A DNA stretch of 64,000 nucleotides, taken from contig CAZEEV010000001.1 of the NCBI GenBank assembly GCA_964511345.1, forward strand, positions 150,621 to 214,620, in the 5' to 3' direction. Below, in pieces: positions 39,586 through 49,603 of this stretch. The DNA is from an uncultured Pseudomonadales bacterium. GTDB taxonomy: Bacteria > Patescibacteriota > Microgenomatia > UBA1400 > PJMF01. Below the pieces are notes generated by a model. The model worked only from the letters and a program-made list of their open reading frames with translations. It did no database searches and was not told the origin of the DNA. Each line of letters starts with the position of its first letter. Within the stretch, counting starts at the first letter, position 1. Position numbers and translations under genes: made by a program.

Positions 39586-41046
39586 ATGATTTACATCATC
39601 TTAATTCTAGCTTTTATTTTGCGTCTCCCCCTACTTAATGGTTCTTTTTGGCTTGATGAAGCCGCTCAATTTCTAGAAAGTGCTCGACCATTATCACAAC
39701 AGTTAAATATTGTTGATGATTTTCAGCCACCTTTAATGCATTTGCTAACTTTCTTTAGTATTCGCTTAGGTAGTTTGTTTGGCTTAGGTCAAACTGAATG
39801 GTGGCTGCGCATTATTCCCAGTTTAATTCCAGGAATTCTAACTATTTGGGCACTTTATCGTTTGGCGCTCACTCTTACTAATCGTAAAATTGCCCTTCTT
39901 AGCAGTCTTTTTGTGGCTACCTCTTCTTTTCATATTTTCTATTCTCAGGAATTACGTCCTTACAGTTTGCCGGCGCTGTGGGCTATTTTAGCTACTTGGC
40001 AGATGTTGCTCATGCTCAAGAACAAAGCCAAAAAACCACTAATTTTGTTTATCATTTTTTCCATTCTCGGACTTTATTCGTCTTATCTATATCCATTTTT
40101 GTTGATTGGTCAATTTGCTTATTTACTCAAAGAAAAGTTAGCTTTTTCCAAGATTCTAGTCAGTGGTGGATTGATTGTGGCTGGCTTTTTACCTTGGTTG
40201 CCCAAGTTTTTAGAACAGTTGCGAGCTGGCCAAGCCCTGCGTCTAAGTATGCCTGGTTGGTCAGAAACCGTCAGTCTGCCCATCTTTAAAACTGCCCTGA
40301 TCTTGCCACTAAAGTTTGTCTTTGGTGTTAGTAATTTGGAAATGAATTTATCTTATGCATTTTTAGCTCTGATCGTTTTTGCCCCTTTGACGTATCTATT
40401 ATTTTTAAGTTTACGTCAGAAACAAAAAAGCTTAAATTTCTTCTTTTGTCTTTTGTTTTTACCTTTATTACTTAGTTGGCTCGTCTCCTTTTTTGTCCCA
40501 GTGCTTCAAGCTAAAAGAGTTTTGTTCCTTTTGCCAATTTTCACTTTACTCGAGGCATTTTTAGCCATGACTTACTATAAACAAAAACCTCATTTAGTCA
40601 GAATTTTCGTCTCGGCAATTTTGATCATTAATATTTTTTCAACCCTAGCTTATTGGACTAAACCTCAATTGCAGCGAGAAAACTGGCGCGCTCTTCATCA
40701 AGAAATTGTTGCCAAATTTCCGAAAGACAAAACTGCGGTGGTTTTTTCTTTCGCTCATCCTTTCGCTCCTTGGGAATTATATGATCGAACCCAATTTAAA
40801 ACTTTTAGCTCTGGAATTTATTACGCCAACAATCTAGAAAACCCTGCTGAAACTTTCAAGGGCTTAAGTGATTATTCCTACGTCTTGGTTTTTGATTATC
40901 TGCGAGATCTCACCGATCCAGATAATATTCTGCTCAAAACCGTTCAAGATCTAGGTTTCAAAGAGGTTGGCGTGTTAGACTATCCTAACATCGGTTTTGT
41001 GCGTATTTATACTTTGAATAACATTATTATTGCGGAAGCGAAATAA
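39586..41046 (+). CDS. GT-C fold glycosyltransferase (ArnT/PMT-like)
   Basis: 486 aa, about 12 TM helices. 'FWLDEAAQFLESARP' DE-motif loop after TM1. Confidence 0.6.
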   Translation: MIYIILILAFILRLPLLNGSFWLDEAAQFLESARPLSQQLNIVDDFQPPLMHLLTFFSIRLGSLFGLGQTEWWLRIIPSLIPGILTIWALYRLALTLTNRKIALLSSLFVATSSFHIFYSQELRPYSLPALWAILATWQMLLMLKNKAKKPLILFIIFSILGLYSSYLYPFLLIGQFAYLLKEKLAFSKILVSGGLIVAGFLPWLPKFLEQLRAGQALRLSMPGWSETVSLPIFKTALILPLKFVFGVSNLEMNLSYAFLALIVFAPLTYLLFLSLRQKQKSLNFFFCLLFLPLLLSWLVSFFVPVLQAKRVLFLLPIFTLLEAFLAMTYYKQKPHLVRIFVSAILIINIFSTLAYWTKPQLQRENWRALHQEIVAKFPKDKTAVVFSFAHPFAPWELYDRTQFKTFSSGIYYANNLENPAETFKGLSDYSYVLVFDYLRDLTDPDNILLKTVQDLGFKEVGVLDYPNIGFVRIYTLNNIIIAEAK

Positions 41047-41048
41047 AA

Positions 41049-42194
41049 ATGAAAATCGGTATCGACATCTCCAGCTTAACTTACCAACGCGGCGTTTCTC
41101 GTTATACTGGCGATCTAGTTAAAGCTCTAGCTAAAGAAAAAAATGCTGAACTTTTCCTCTATGGCAGCTCAATGCGTCAACAAAAGGTTCTCAAAGCTGA
41201 ATTACGCAAAGTCTTGCGTAATGTCACTCCTGATCGTTATGACCTTTGTTTGCAAAATTTTCCACCATCCTTTTTAGCTAAACTTTGGCAATTTGGTTTT
41301 AACCCAATCAATCAACATTTTCCTAAACTAGATGTTTTTCACAGTTGGGATTGGTTACAACCACCAGATAAAAATATTCCCTTGGTTTCAACCATTCATG
41401 ATCTTGCTATTATTCGCTATCCAGAAGTCGCTCATCCTCAAGTTTTGAAGATGCATCAACATTCGTGGCAAATTTTGCGTGATCGCCAAGCTCAAATCAT
41501 TGCAGTTTCTCAGTCAACCAAAAACGATATCTTACGTTACTTAGAAATTCCAGAAAAAAACATCAGTGTTGTTCATGAAGCCCTGCCCACTCAAGTGGCG
41601 GAAATTAGTCGAGAATTAGCTGACAAACCAGATTTGGTCGCTTTCCTGAGACAAAAACTTAAACTTAATAAACCCTATCTTTTATTTGTCGGTACTAGAG
41701 AACCGCGCAAGAATCTCGCTCGCCTCATTAAGGCTTGGCTGCCTCTCGCTAATGATTATCAATTACTCATCGCTGGTGAACAGGCTTGGGATGGTAGTGA
41801 AAAAATTAGCCAAAATCCTAATTTACGTTTCATGGGCCGTGTGAGCGATTATGAGTTGGCAGTTTTATATCATCAGTCTGAATTATTTGTTTATCCCAGC
41901 CTCTATGAGGGTTTTGGCTTGCCAGTTCTAGAAGCCTTCGCCCATGGCGTGCCGGTGGTTAGCTCAGATATTCCTGCCATTAAAGAAGTAGCCGGCAATG
42001 CGGCAGAGCTTTGCAATCCTTTAGATGAACAATCTATTTATCAAGCCATCGAAAAAGTTCTCAATGAAAAAAAATCAGACAGCGAACAACGCATGAAAAA
42101 AATGATTATTCGTTTGCAACTTTTTAATTGGCAGAAGACTGCTTTGCAAACTTTGGCTGTTTATCAAAAAGCGATAGATAATTTTGGAAGTTAA
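41049..42194 (+). CDS. GT4 (GT-B fold) glycosyltransferase
   Basis: 'LYEGFGLPVLEAFAHGVPVVSSDIPAIKEVA'. Confidence 0.8.
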   Translation: MKIGIDISSLTYQRGVSRYTGDLVKALAKEKNAELFLYGSSMRQQKVLKAELRKVLRNVTPDRYDLCLQNFPPSFLAKLWQFGFNPINQHFPKLDVFHSWDWLQPPDKNIPLVSTIHDLAIIRYPEVAHPQVLKMHQHSWQILRDRQAQIIAVSQSTKNDILRYLEIPEKNISVVHEALPTQVAEISRELADKPDLVAFLRQKLKLNKPYLLFVGTREPRKNLARLIKAWLPLANDYQLLIAGEQAWDGSEKISQNPNLRFMGRVSDYELAVLYHQSELFVYPSLYEGFGLPVLEAFAHGVPVVSSDIPAIKEVAGNAAELCNPLDEQSIYQAIEKVLNEKKSDSEQRMKKMIIRLQLFNWQKTALQTLAVYQKAIDNFGS

Positions 42195-42195
42195 T

Positions 42196-43359
42196 ATGAT
42201 GAGAATCGCCATTGACGGTAACGAAGCTAATGTTAAAAATCGAGTCGGCAGTAATACCTATGCCTTCATGGTGATTAGTGAGCTTTATAAATTAACTGCT
42301 AATCGTAAAAATATTGATGTTACCATCCTTTTATCTAATAAAAGAGTCGCTGATTTGCCACCAACTAGAAATAGCTGGCGCTACATGGTCCTTGGACCCA
42401 AGAAGTTTTGGACGCAGTGGGCTTTGCCAATTCATTTATTTTTACACCAAAAAGATTATCAAGTTTTTTTCACACCATCTCACTATGCTCCAAGAATTTC
42501 TAGCGTGCCTTATGTCAGTAGCGTCATGGATTTGGCTTATCTTCATTATCCAGAACAATTTCGATCAAATGATCTCTTGCAACTGAAAAGTTGGACCAAG
42601 TATAGTGTCAAAAATGCTCGCAAAATTATCACCATTAGCAAGTTTTCTAAAAAAGAAATTGAAAAACATTACGGGCGTCAAAGCAAGGATATTATTATTG
42701 CTTATCCTTCTTTTCAATTTGGTGAAAATGCTCCTCTTGAGGAAATTAAGGCCTTTTTCAAAGAAAAACAAATTAAAAATAAATATTTTCTTTACTTAGG
42801 TACACTACAACCACGTAAAAATATTATTGGCATCATTACTGCTTATGAAGAATTTTTGCGTAAATTAGCGGCTAGTAATTTGAAAACCAAAAATAAACAA
42901 GCCAAAAAACTCGTTGAACCAAATTTAGTCATTGCCGGAAAAATTGGCTGGTTAGCTGACGATATTTTAGCTCGCATAGCTAACTCACCAGCTAAAGAAA
43001 AAATCATTTTAACTGGTTTCGTGGAAGATAAATTCAAACGTGCTCTTTATCAAAACGCCACCGCCAGTCTTTTACTGTCTCTTTATGAAGGCTTTGGGAT
43101 CCCGGCACTCGAATCCATGCAAGCCGGCACTATTCCTATTGTGGCTAATAATTCCAGTTTACCAGAGGTGGTAGAAAAAGCTGGTTTTCTAGTAGCAACA
43201 GAAGACTCTCATCAAATCAGCGACGCCATGTTAACTATTTATCAAATGCCATATAAAGAACTACTAAAATATAAAACTGCCATGCGCCGTCAAGCCAAAA
43301 AGTTTGACTGGCAAGAGTCGGCGAAAACCGTTTTAAAAGTGCTCGAACATGAAAAATAA
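42196..43359 (+). CDS. GT4 (GT-B fold) glycosyltransferase
   Basis: ATG at 42196 right after the upstream TAA. 'LYEGFGIPALESMQAGTIPIVANNSSLPEVV'. Confidence 0.8.
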   Translation: MMRIAIDGNEANVKNRVGSNTYAFMVISELYKLTANRKNIDVTILLSNKRVADLPPTRNSWRYMVLGPKKFWTQWALPIHLFLHQKDYQVFFTPSHYAPRISSVPYVSSVMDLAYLHYPEQFRSNDLLQLKSWTKYSVKNARKIITISKFSKKEIEKHYGRQSKDIIIAYPSFQFGENAPLEEIKAFFKEKQIKNKYFLYLGTLQPRKNIIGIITAYEEFLRKLAASNLKTKNKQAKKLVEPNLVIAGKIGWLADDILARIANSPAKEKIILTGFVEDKFKRALYQNATASLLLSLYEGFGIPALESMQAGTIPIVANNSSLPEVVEKAGFLVATEDSHQISDAMLTIYQMPYKELLKYKTAMRRQAKKFDWQESAKTVLKVLEHEK

Positions 43360-43837
43360 CCCTATTATTGTTGGTATTGATCCAGGCTATGATCGCATTG
43401 GTGTGGCCATTGGCCAAAAAATTGATTCTAAATGGCAAGTTTTGACCTACACTTGTATTCAAACCGATAAAAAAGCTCAGCTTTTCGAGCGTTACCAACA
43501 AATTACTGAAGAACTAGAGACATTAATCATCAAACATCAGGTCACTGAAGCCGGCATCGAATCACTATTTTGGTTTAAAAATCAAAGTACCGCTCTCGAT
43601 GTCAGCGAAGCAAGAGGCGTCATTATTGCCACACTCTTGCGTCAAAAGATCAAAATCGCTGAATATACACCATTGCAGATCAAACAGAGTCTAACTGGCT
43701 ATGGACGAGCTGATAAAAAAGCGGTAGAAAAGATGGTGAGAATGGAACTTTCATTATCCGGTAAAATTATGGATGATACGATTGATGCATTAGCCGCGAT
43801 GATTTGTCATGAATGCAGCAGAAAGTTAAAAGTATGA
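43349..43837 (+). CDS. ruvC: crossover junction endodeoxyribonuclease RuvC
   Basis: 'IIVGIDPGYDRIGVAIG' RNase-H-fold resolvase N-terminus. 162 aa. Confidence 0.9.
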   Translation: MKNNPIIVGIDPGYDRIGVAIGQKIDSKWQVLTYTCIQTDKKAQLFERYQQITEELETLIIKHQVTEAGIESLFWFKNQSTALDVSEARGVIIATLLRQKIKIAEYTPLQIKQSLTGYGRADKKAVEKMVRMELSLSGKIMDDTIDALAAMICHECSRKLKV

Positions 43838-44409
43838 TCGCTTATCTAGATGGACAAGCCTTAATCAAAAAAGACCATTTGATTGTACTCACGGGTGGAG
43901 TAGGCTATTTTGTTTTTGTAGGTGCAAAAATTTTGCACGCTCTCACTAGCGATGGTGAACAAATCGCTCTTTATATCTATAGCCATATTAAGGAGGACCG
44001 CTTTGAACTTTATGGCTTTCAAAATGAAGAAGACTTAGAAATTTTCAAAATGTTAATTGCTATTTCCGGTGTAGGCCCTAAAACTGCCCTTGCTCTAGCT
44101 AATGCCGGCACCAATCAACTCATCGAGGCAGTTCAACAAGCCCAAACTAGTTTTTTTACCAGCGTACCAAGGGTTGGTAAGAAGTTAGCCCAAAAAATTA
44201 TTATTGAACTCAAAAGTAAATTGGGTAGTCTCAAAGAACTTAATTTGGGAACTCTCTCACCCAAAGCTCAAGACGTCATGGATGCTTTGCTTGGTCTTGG
44301 GTTCGAGGAAAATGCTGTCCAAACTATTTTGTCACAACTGGATTTAGAAAACATGGATCTACAAGTGGCGATTAAAACCGTTATTAAAATGAGTAACAAT
44401 AAAAATTAA
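43834..44409 (+). CDS. ruvA: Holliday junction DNA helicase subunit RuvA
   Basis: 'MIAYLDGQ...VLTGGVGYFVFV', 'ISGVGPKTALAL' HhH motifs. ATGA overlap with ruvC. Confidence 0.9.
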   Translation: MIAYLDGQALIKKDHLIVLTGGVGYFVFVGAKILHALTSDGEQIALYIYSHIKEDRFELYGFQNEEDLEIFKMLIAISGVGPKTALALANAGTNQLIEAVQQAQTSFFTSVPRVGKKLAQKIIIELKSKLGSLKELNLGTLSPKAQDVMDALLGLGFEENAVQTILSQLDLENMDLQVAIKTVIKMSNNKN

Positions 44410-44413
44410 ATCA

Positions 44414-45424
44414 ATGTCAAAGACCAAAACTAATCCTATTGTTTCCACCACTGACGAAGAAATGCTTTTCACTTCCTTACGTGCTCAAGACTGGAAGGAA
44501 TTTACTGGTCAAGAAAATATTAAAAAATCTCTACAAATTGCCATCAAAGCTGCTAAACAACGTCATGAGGCTGTCGATCACATTCTATTTTATGGCCCTC
44601 CAGGCTTGGGTAAGACTACCTTATCTCAGCTTATTGCTAAAGAAATGGGCAGTAACTTTAAAGTCACTTCCGGCACCGCTTTATCTAAAACTGGCGATCT
44701 GGCCGCGATTCTCACTAACTTAGAAGATGGCGATGTTTTATTCATTGATGAAATTCACCGCTTGCCCAAAGCCATTGAAGAAACTCTTTATCCAGCGATG
44801 GAGGATTTTGCTTTAGATATTGTGATTGGCAAAGGTCCATCAGCGCGCACTGTGCGTTTAGATTTGGCTAAATTTACTTTAGTGGGCGCTACCACTCGCT
44901 TTGGTTTATTGACTGGCCCTTTTAGAGACAGATTTGGTTTGATACATCGCTTAGAATTTTACAAACCAGTTGAATTGGCTAGTATTTTACAAATTGCCAG
45001 TACCAAACTGGAAACTAAATTAGAAGACAAGGCAGCTTTGGCAATTGCCCAGCGTTCTAGAGGCACACCAAGAATTGCCTTGAAGCTTTTCAAAAGAGTC
45101 CGTGATTTTGCCCAAGTTTTGGAAAAAAATGTTGTCGATTTATCTTTAGTTCAACAAGCTTTGAGTATTTTTGAAATTGATGAACTCGGTTTAGATGAAA
45201 ATGATCGTCGCTTAATTATGGCGATGATTGAAAAACATCACGGTGGACCAGTGGGACTTAAAACTCTTTCTGCTTCGATCAATGAAGATCCTGGCACCGT
45301 TGAAGAAGTCTTGGAGCCATATTTATTACAAATTGGATTTATTAAACGTAAACCATCTGGCCGAATACTCAGCCAAAAAGCTTATGCTCATTTTGGCATA
45401 AAACCTCCAGCTGATGTATACTAA
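44414..45424 (+). CDS. ruvB: Holliday junction DNA helicase RuvB
   Basis: Walker A 'GPPGLGKTTL', 'LFIDEIHRL', sensor and arginine-finger regions. Confidence 0.95.
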   Translation: MSKTKTNPIVSTTDEEMLFTSLRAQDWKEFTGQENIKKSLQIAIKAAKQRHEAVDHILFYGPPGLGKTTLSQLIAKEMGSNFKVTSGTALSKTGDLAAILTNLEDGDVLFIDEIHRLPKAIEETLYPAMEDFALDIVIGKGPSARTVRLDLAKFTLVGATTRFGLLTGPFRDRFGLIHRLEFYKPVELASILQIASTKLETKLEDKAALAIAQRSRGTPRIALKLFKRVRDFAQVLEKNVVDLSLVQQALSIFEIDELGLDENDRRLIMAMIEKHHGGPVGLKTLSASINEDPGTVEEVLEPYLLQIGFIKRKPSGRILSQKAYAHFGIKPPADVY

Positions 45425-46052
45425 ACTCATGGCAATTACAGACAAAGACGGCAACACCCTTTCCACTTCACAAGTTATTGAAAAAGTTTTAGTTCGCATT
45501 AAAACTATTCATCTAGAATTGGTTACAGGTTTATTATGGTGGTTAGTAGGCTACATTCCTTGTCATTGCTTTCGTCGTTTTTGTTATCGCCTCGCTGGTA
45601 TGAAAATTGGTCGTAAATCGACACTACACATGGGAGCTCGTATTTATTATCCAAGTGGGATCAAAATCGGTGAAGGCACTTTAGTCGGTGAGAAATCTAC
45701 CTTAGACGGTCGCAGACAACTCAAAAATTCTCATGGTGGTTTAGAAATTGGCAATCATGTCGATATCGCTTCCGAGGTGATGATTTGGACTAGTCAACAT
45801 GACATCCACAGCAACAATATGGCCACCATTGAAGAAAAAGTTACCATTGGGGATTATGTCTTCATTGGCCCTCGTGCCATCATTATGCCTGGAGTGAATG
45901 TCGGTAAAGGCGCCATTGTCGCCGGAGGAGCAGTCGTCACCAAAGATGTGCCTGCGATGAAAATTGTCGCCGGTGTACCTGCCAAAGAAATTGGAGAGCG
46001 TCAAAGTAAAAATCTTAATTACAAACTAGGTCGCCCTAGACTTTTCCAATAA
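45414..46052 (+). CDS. hexapeptide-repeat (left-handed beta-helix) sugar O-acetyltransferase, WcaF/maltose-O-acetyltransferase-like
   Basis: Repeating [LIV]-G-x-x-x-x hexads ('IGNHVDIASEV', 'IGDYVFIGPRAIIMPGVNVGKGAIVAGGAVV'). Confidence 0.7.
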   Translation: MYTKLMAITDKDGNTLSTSQVIEKVLVRIKTIHLELVTGLLWWLVGYIPCHCFRRFCYRLAGMKIGRKSTLHMGARIYYPSGIKIGEGTLVGEKSTLDGRRQLKNSHGGLEIGNHVDIASEVMIWTSQHDIHSNNMATIEEKVTIGDYVFIGPRAIIMPGVNVGKGAIVAGGAVVTKDVPAMKIVAGVPAKEIGERQSKNLNYKLGRPRLFQ

Positions 46053-46054
46053 TC

Positions 46055-47008
46055 ATGAGTAAAAACAAATTTTTAGGTTTAGTTGGACTTCTTGGTTCTG
46101 CTTTTATTGGCGGAGCGTTTTTACCGTCATTGATTCGTTGGGGAACAGAACTAGTACATCCTTTTTTATTAAACTGGTTTAGGGTTTTTATTGGCTTGCC
46201 CATCATGCTATTAATTTTCAGAGGTCAATATAATCTTAAATTAATTTTTGATCGTAAGAATTTGCTATTTGTTTTACCGTTAGCCTTAGGACTTTGCCTT
46301 AATGTCACTATGTTTTCTTTTGGCATACAGCACACTACTTTAATTGCTTCGCAGTTAATTTACGTCGCCACTCCAGTAATCACTAGTCTATTGGCTTATT
46401 TGTTATTAAAAGAAAAAATCACCAGCAAAAAAATCTTAGGCATGAGCCTTGCCTTAATCGGCGTCCTCATTTTAATTATTTTTTCCAGGTCACCAGAGGA
46501 AAGAATGTCTTTGGGTAGTTTTTATGGTAATTTTTTGATTTTTATTGGCATGTTTGGTTATTCTTCATATCTAATTGCCTCCAAAAAGTTGAGTGCAAAA
46601 TTATCTGTTATCGAAATGATCATTACCACTAATTTATTTATGTCACTCTTGCTTTTGCCATTAGCCTCTTACTCACTCTACGCACATGGACTATCGCAAA
46701 TCAATCTCCAATCAATTTCAATATTGTGTCTCATTGGCTTAGTTGCTCTGATTTTTACCTATTTCGCACAGTTAGCTATCAAAAATCTATCTGTCGGTAA
46801 TGCCTCACTAAGCTCTTTGCTTTCTCCAGAATTTGCCGCTTTGGCAGGCATTGTGATTTACGATGAAAAACTTTCTTTAATCTTATTAATCAGCATGACT
46901 TTATCTATTGGTGGCACTATCTTGAGTATTCGATCGGAAAAAGCTACACTGCTTGATAGAATAAAGTTGAGTCTAAATAAATTGCAAGCAATTAAAGGAA
47001 TCAAATGA
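46055..47008 (+). CDS. EamA/DMT-family membrane transporter (10 TM)
   Basis: Two repeated 5-TM halves, each with an 'ASQL...A' EamA-like pattern. Confidence 0.6.
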   Translation: MSKNKFLGLVGLLGSAFIGGAFLPSLIRWGTELVHPFLLNWFRVFIGLPIMLLIFRGQYNLKLIFDRKNLLFVLPLALGLCLNVTMFSFGIQHTTLIASQLIYVATPVITSLLAYLLLKEKITSKKILGMSLALIGVLILIIFSRSPEERMSLGSFYGNFLIFIGMFGYSSYLIASKKLSAKLSVIEMIITTNLFMSLLLLPLASYSLYAHGLSQINLQSISILCLIGLVALIFTYFAQLAIKNLSVGNASLSSLLSPEFAALAGIVIYDEKLSLILLISMTLSIGGTILSIRSEKATLLDRIKLSLNKLQAIKGIK

Positions 47009-47997
47009 ATTTATCTCTTATTACCGTTTCCTATAACACCAAAGATCTCACTCTTCAGACTCTAGAAACTGCTATCAAAGAAATTAATTCTTCTAAAATT
47101 CTCAAGGATCAAACCGAAATTTTTGTGGTTGATAACGATTCCAAAGATGGTTCACCCAAAGCCTGTGAGGATTTACTCAAAAAACTTAAATTCCCTCATT
47201 ACAAAGTTTTTGCTAATCATGAAAATTTAGGCTTTGCTCGCGCCAATAATCAAGCCACCGAAGTTGCCAAAGGCAAATATATTATTTTACTCAATTCTGA
47301 CACCATCACCCACAAGGGCGGCCTGAGTCTATTAGTTGAAGCCATGGAAAAAGGTGGCATTAAAGAGGAAACCGCCAATTTAGTATCAAGTGGTAAATTA
47401 GATAAATTGGGCATTATTGCTCCTACTTTACTTAATCCAGATGGTAGTATTCAAAATCAAGGTGGTTCTTTGCCAAGCTTGAGTACTGTTGCTTCACAAA
47501 TGTTGTTTTTGGATGATATTCCTTTCTTTGGGCGATTCTTTCCCTCTACTCAACATACTGGTATGAGCGACTTTGCTTTTGCTAGTTACGATGAAAATAC
47601 TCCCAAATTAATTTCCAAAGACTGGATCGCTGGCACAGCAATGATGATTCGTCGTGAGTTAATTGATGATATTGGCATGCTAGACGGTAATATTTTTATG
47701 TATGGTGAAGATCAGGAATATTGCATGCGTGCTCGCAATCATCATTGGGACATTGCCATTCATCCTAAAGCTAAAATTACTCATTTTGGTTGCGCTAGTT
47801 CTTCATCAAAAAATGCCATTCATGGTGAATTTAAGGGTTATCTCTATATTTGGAAAAAGCACATGCCAACTTGGCAATTACCCATTCTCAAAACCATTCT
47901 TTGGCTAGGTGCCTTTTTGCGCCAAATGATTTACACAATAAGAGGCAGAGAAATCCCTGCTTCCATTTACAAAGAGGCTAGAGCTCTGCTTAAATAA
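47005..47997 (+). CDS. GT2 family glycosyltransferase
   Basis: 'LSLITVSYNTKDLT...VVDNDSKDGS' and 'NSDT'. Confidence 0.75.
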   Translation: MNLSLITVSYNTKDLTLQTLETAIKEINSSKILKDQTEIFVVDNDSKDGSPKACEDLLKKLKFPHYKVFANHENLGFARANNQATEVAKGKYIILLNSDTITHKGGLSLLVEAMEKGGIKEETANLVSSGKLDKLGIIAPTLLNPDGSIQNQGGSLPSLSTVASQMLFLDDIPFFGRFFPSTQHTGMSDFAFASYDENTPKLISKDWIAGTAMMIRRELIDDIGMLDGNIFMYGEDQEYCMRARNHHWDIAIHPKAKITHFGCASSSSKNAIHGEFKGYLYIWKKHMPTWQLPILKTILWLGAFLRQMIYTIRGREIPASIYKEARALLK

Positions 47998-48001
47998 GAT
48001 T

Positions 48002-49603
48002 ATGAATTTTTTACTCATCATCGCTAGCTTTCTTTTGGCTTTTATTCCTCTTTATCCCAAAATCCCTCTTTTTGAAGCTATTCCCGGTTATATCGTCAGA
48101 GTGAGAGTAGAAGATATTTTGGTGCTTTTAGCCTTTTTAATTTATTTGGTGCAAATATTTAGAAAAAAGGTTGATTTCAAAAACAAAATTACTCCTTGGA
48201 TCTTTGCTTATCTTGGCGTTGCCAGTCTCTCTATTTTGTCTGCCATGTTCCTCATCAAAACAATTCCTTTGGAATTAATTCACGTCGGAAAGTCTGTTTT
48301 GCATTTATTCAGATACACCGAGTATTTCGTCTTATTCTTCATTATGTTTTCTTCGATTAAAAAAACTAAAGACGTTAAATTAGTTTTTTATACTTTAGCT
48401 TTCACTGTTTTAGCGATTACGATTTACGGCTATGGTCAAAGATATTGGTATTGGCCAGTTTTTTCGACCATGAATCGTGAATTTAGTAAAGGTATGGTTC
48501 TATATTTAACTGAGCATGCCCGCGTTCAATCTACTTTTGGTGGTCATTATGATTTAGCCGCTTATTTGGTGATTGTCTTACCAATCTTTTATTTAATGGC
48601 CATTAATTTAAAAAATAAATGGCAACGTTATGGCTTATGGTTGATACATTTACTTGGGCTTTGGCTCCTGGTCATGAGTGCCTCTCGCACTTCTTTTGCT
48701 GCTTATATTGGTGGAGTTTTAATAGGCTTGGGTTTTTTCGCTGCTTTACAAAAAAAATGGTATCAGAAAATTTGGTACTTCTTGCGAAAAAGTTTTACTT
48801 ATTTGTTCATTGTCTCAGTCATGATGTATTCCTTTGGCGATGACATGCGTGAAAGATTTGAACAAGTCCTACGAGCATATCCTGAGGTGTTCACTGTTTA
48901 TGAAAATGCTCAAAAAACAGCTATTCAACAGACTAAAGATCTTAATGAATATTTCAAAAAATTAAGAGAAGGTAAAAAACCAGAAAATGGTATTGCCTTC
49001 GATAATACTTTGACTCCTACTGACGAAGTACCTGTTAGCACTCGACCGGTGGATGTTTATGTCGATGTACCAGATACAGTTGCTGTTGTGGATGACAATA
49101 ACAATGTAACTTACGTAGAGCAGCCTCGCACTTGGTCAGCTAATGCCATGAAGTATGGCTTATCTTTGGCAATTCGCTTAGATGAATTATGGCCAAATGC
49201 CATTAAAGGTTTAATGCGTAATCCTTTGCTTGGCTCTGGCTTTGCTACTTTAAATAAAAAAGAATTTTCACAATTCACCGAAGCCGAAAGTACCGATAAT
49301 AATTTCTTGCGCACTTTGGGTGAAACTGGTTTACTAGGCTTTATTACTTTTTACGGCGCAGTTACCACTCTTCTGGTTATACTCTATAAAAACCAAAAAA
49401 AGAGTCGAGACTGGCAACTTAAAACTGCCAATTTAGCCTTTATTGCCGCTTCTATTGGTTTGCTACTTAATGCCAGTTATATTGACGTTTTTGCTTCTTC
49501 CAAAGTTGCTTTTACCTATTGGGCATTATCAGGTGCGATTCTAGCTTACAACCAACTTGCCAGTGCTAAACATGCTAAAAAAACTACTAAAAAAAGCTCT
49601 TAA
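48002..49603 (+). CDS. O-antigen ligase/polymerase-like (Wzy_C/WaaL-type) polytopic membrane protein
   Basis: 533 aa, about 10-12 TM helices with a large extracytoplasmic loop. 'SASRTSFAAYIGGVL' resembles the Wzy_C core. Confidence 0.5.
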   Translation: MNFLLIIASFLLAFIPLYPKIPLFEAIPGYIVRVRVEDILVLLAFLIYLVQIFRKKVDFKNKITPWIFAYLGVASLSILSAMFLIKTIPLELIHVGKSVLHLFRYTEYFVLFFIMFSSIKKTKDVKLVFYTLAFTVLAITIYGYGQRYWYWPVFSTMNREFSKGMVLYLTEHARVQSTFGGHYDLAAYLVIVLPIFYLMAINLKNKWQRYGLWLIHLLGLWLLVMSASRTSFAAYIGGVLIGLGFFAALQKKWYQKIWYFLRKSFTYLFIVSVMMYSFGDDMRERFEQVLRAYPEVFTVYENAQKTAIQQTKDLNEYFKKLREGKKPENGIAFDNTLTPTDEVPVSTRPVDVYVDVPDTVAVVDDNNNVTYVEQPRTWSANAMKYGLSLAIRLDELWPNAIKGLMRNPLLGSGFATLNKKEFSQFTEAESTDNNFLRTLGETGLLGFITFYGAVTTLLVILYKNQKKSRDWQLKTANLAFIAASIGLLLNASYIDVFASSKVAFTYWALSGAILAYNQLASAKHAKKTTKKSS

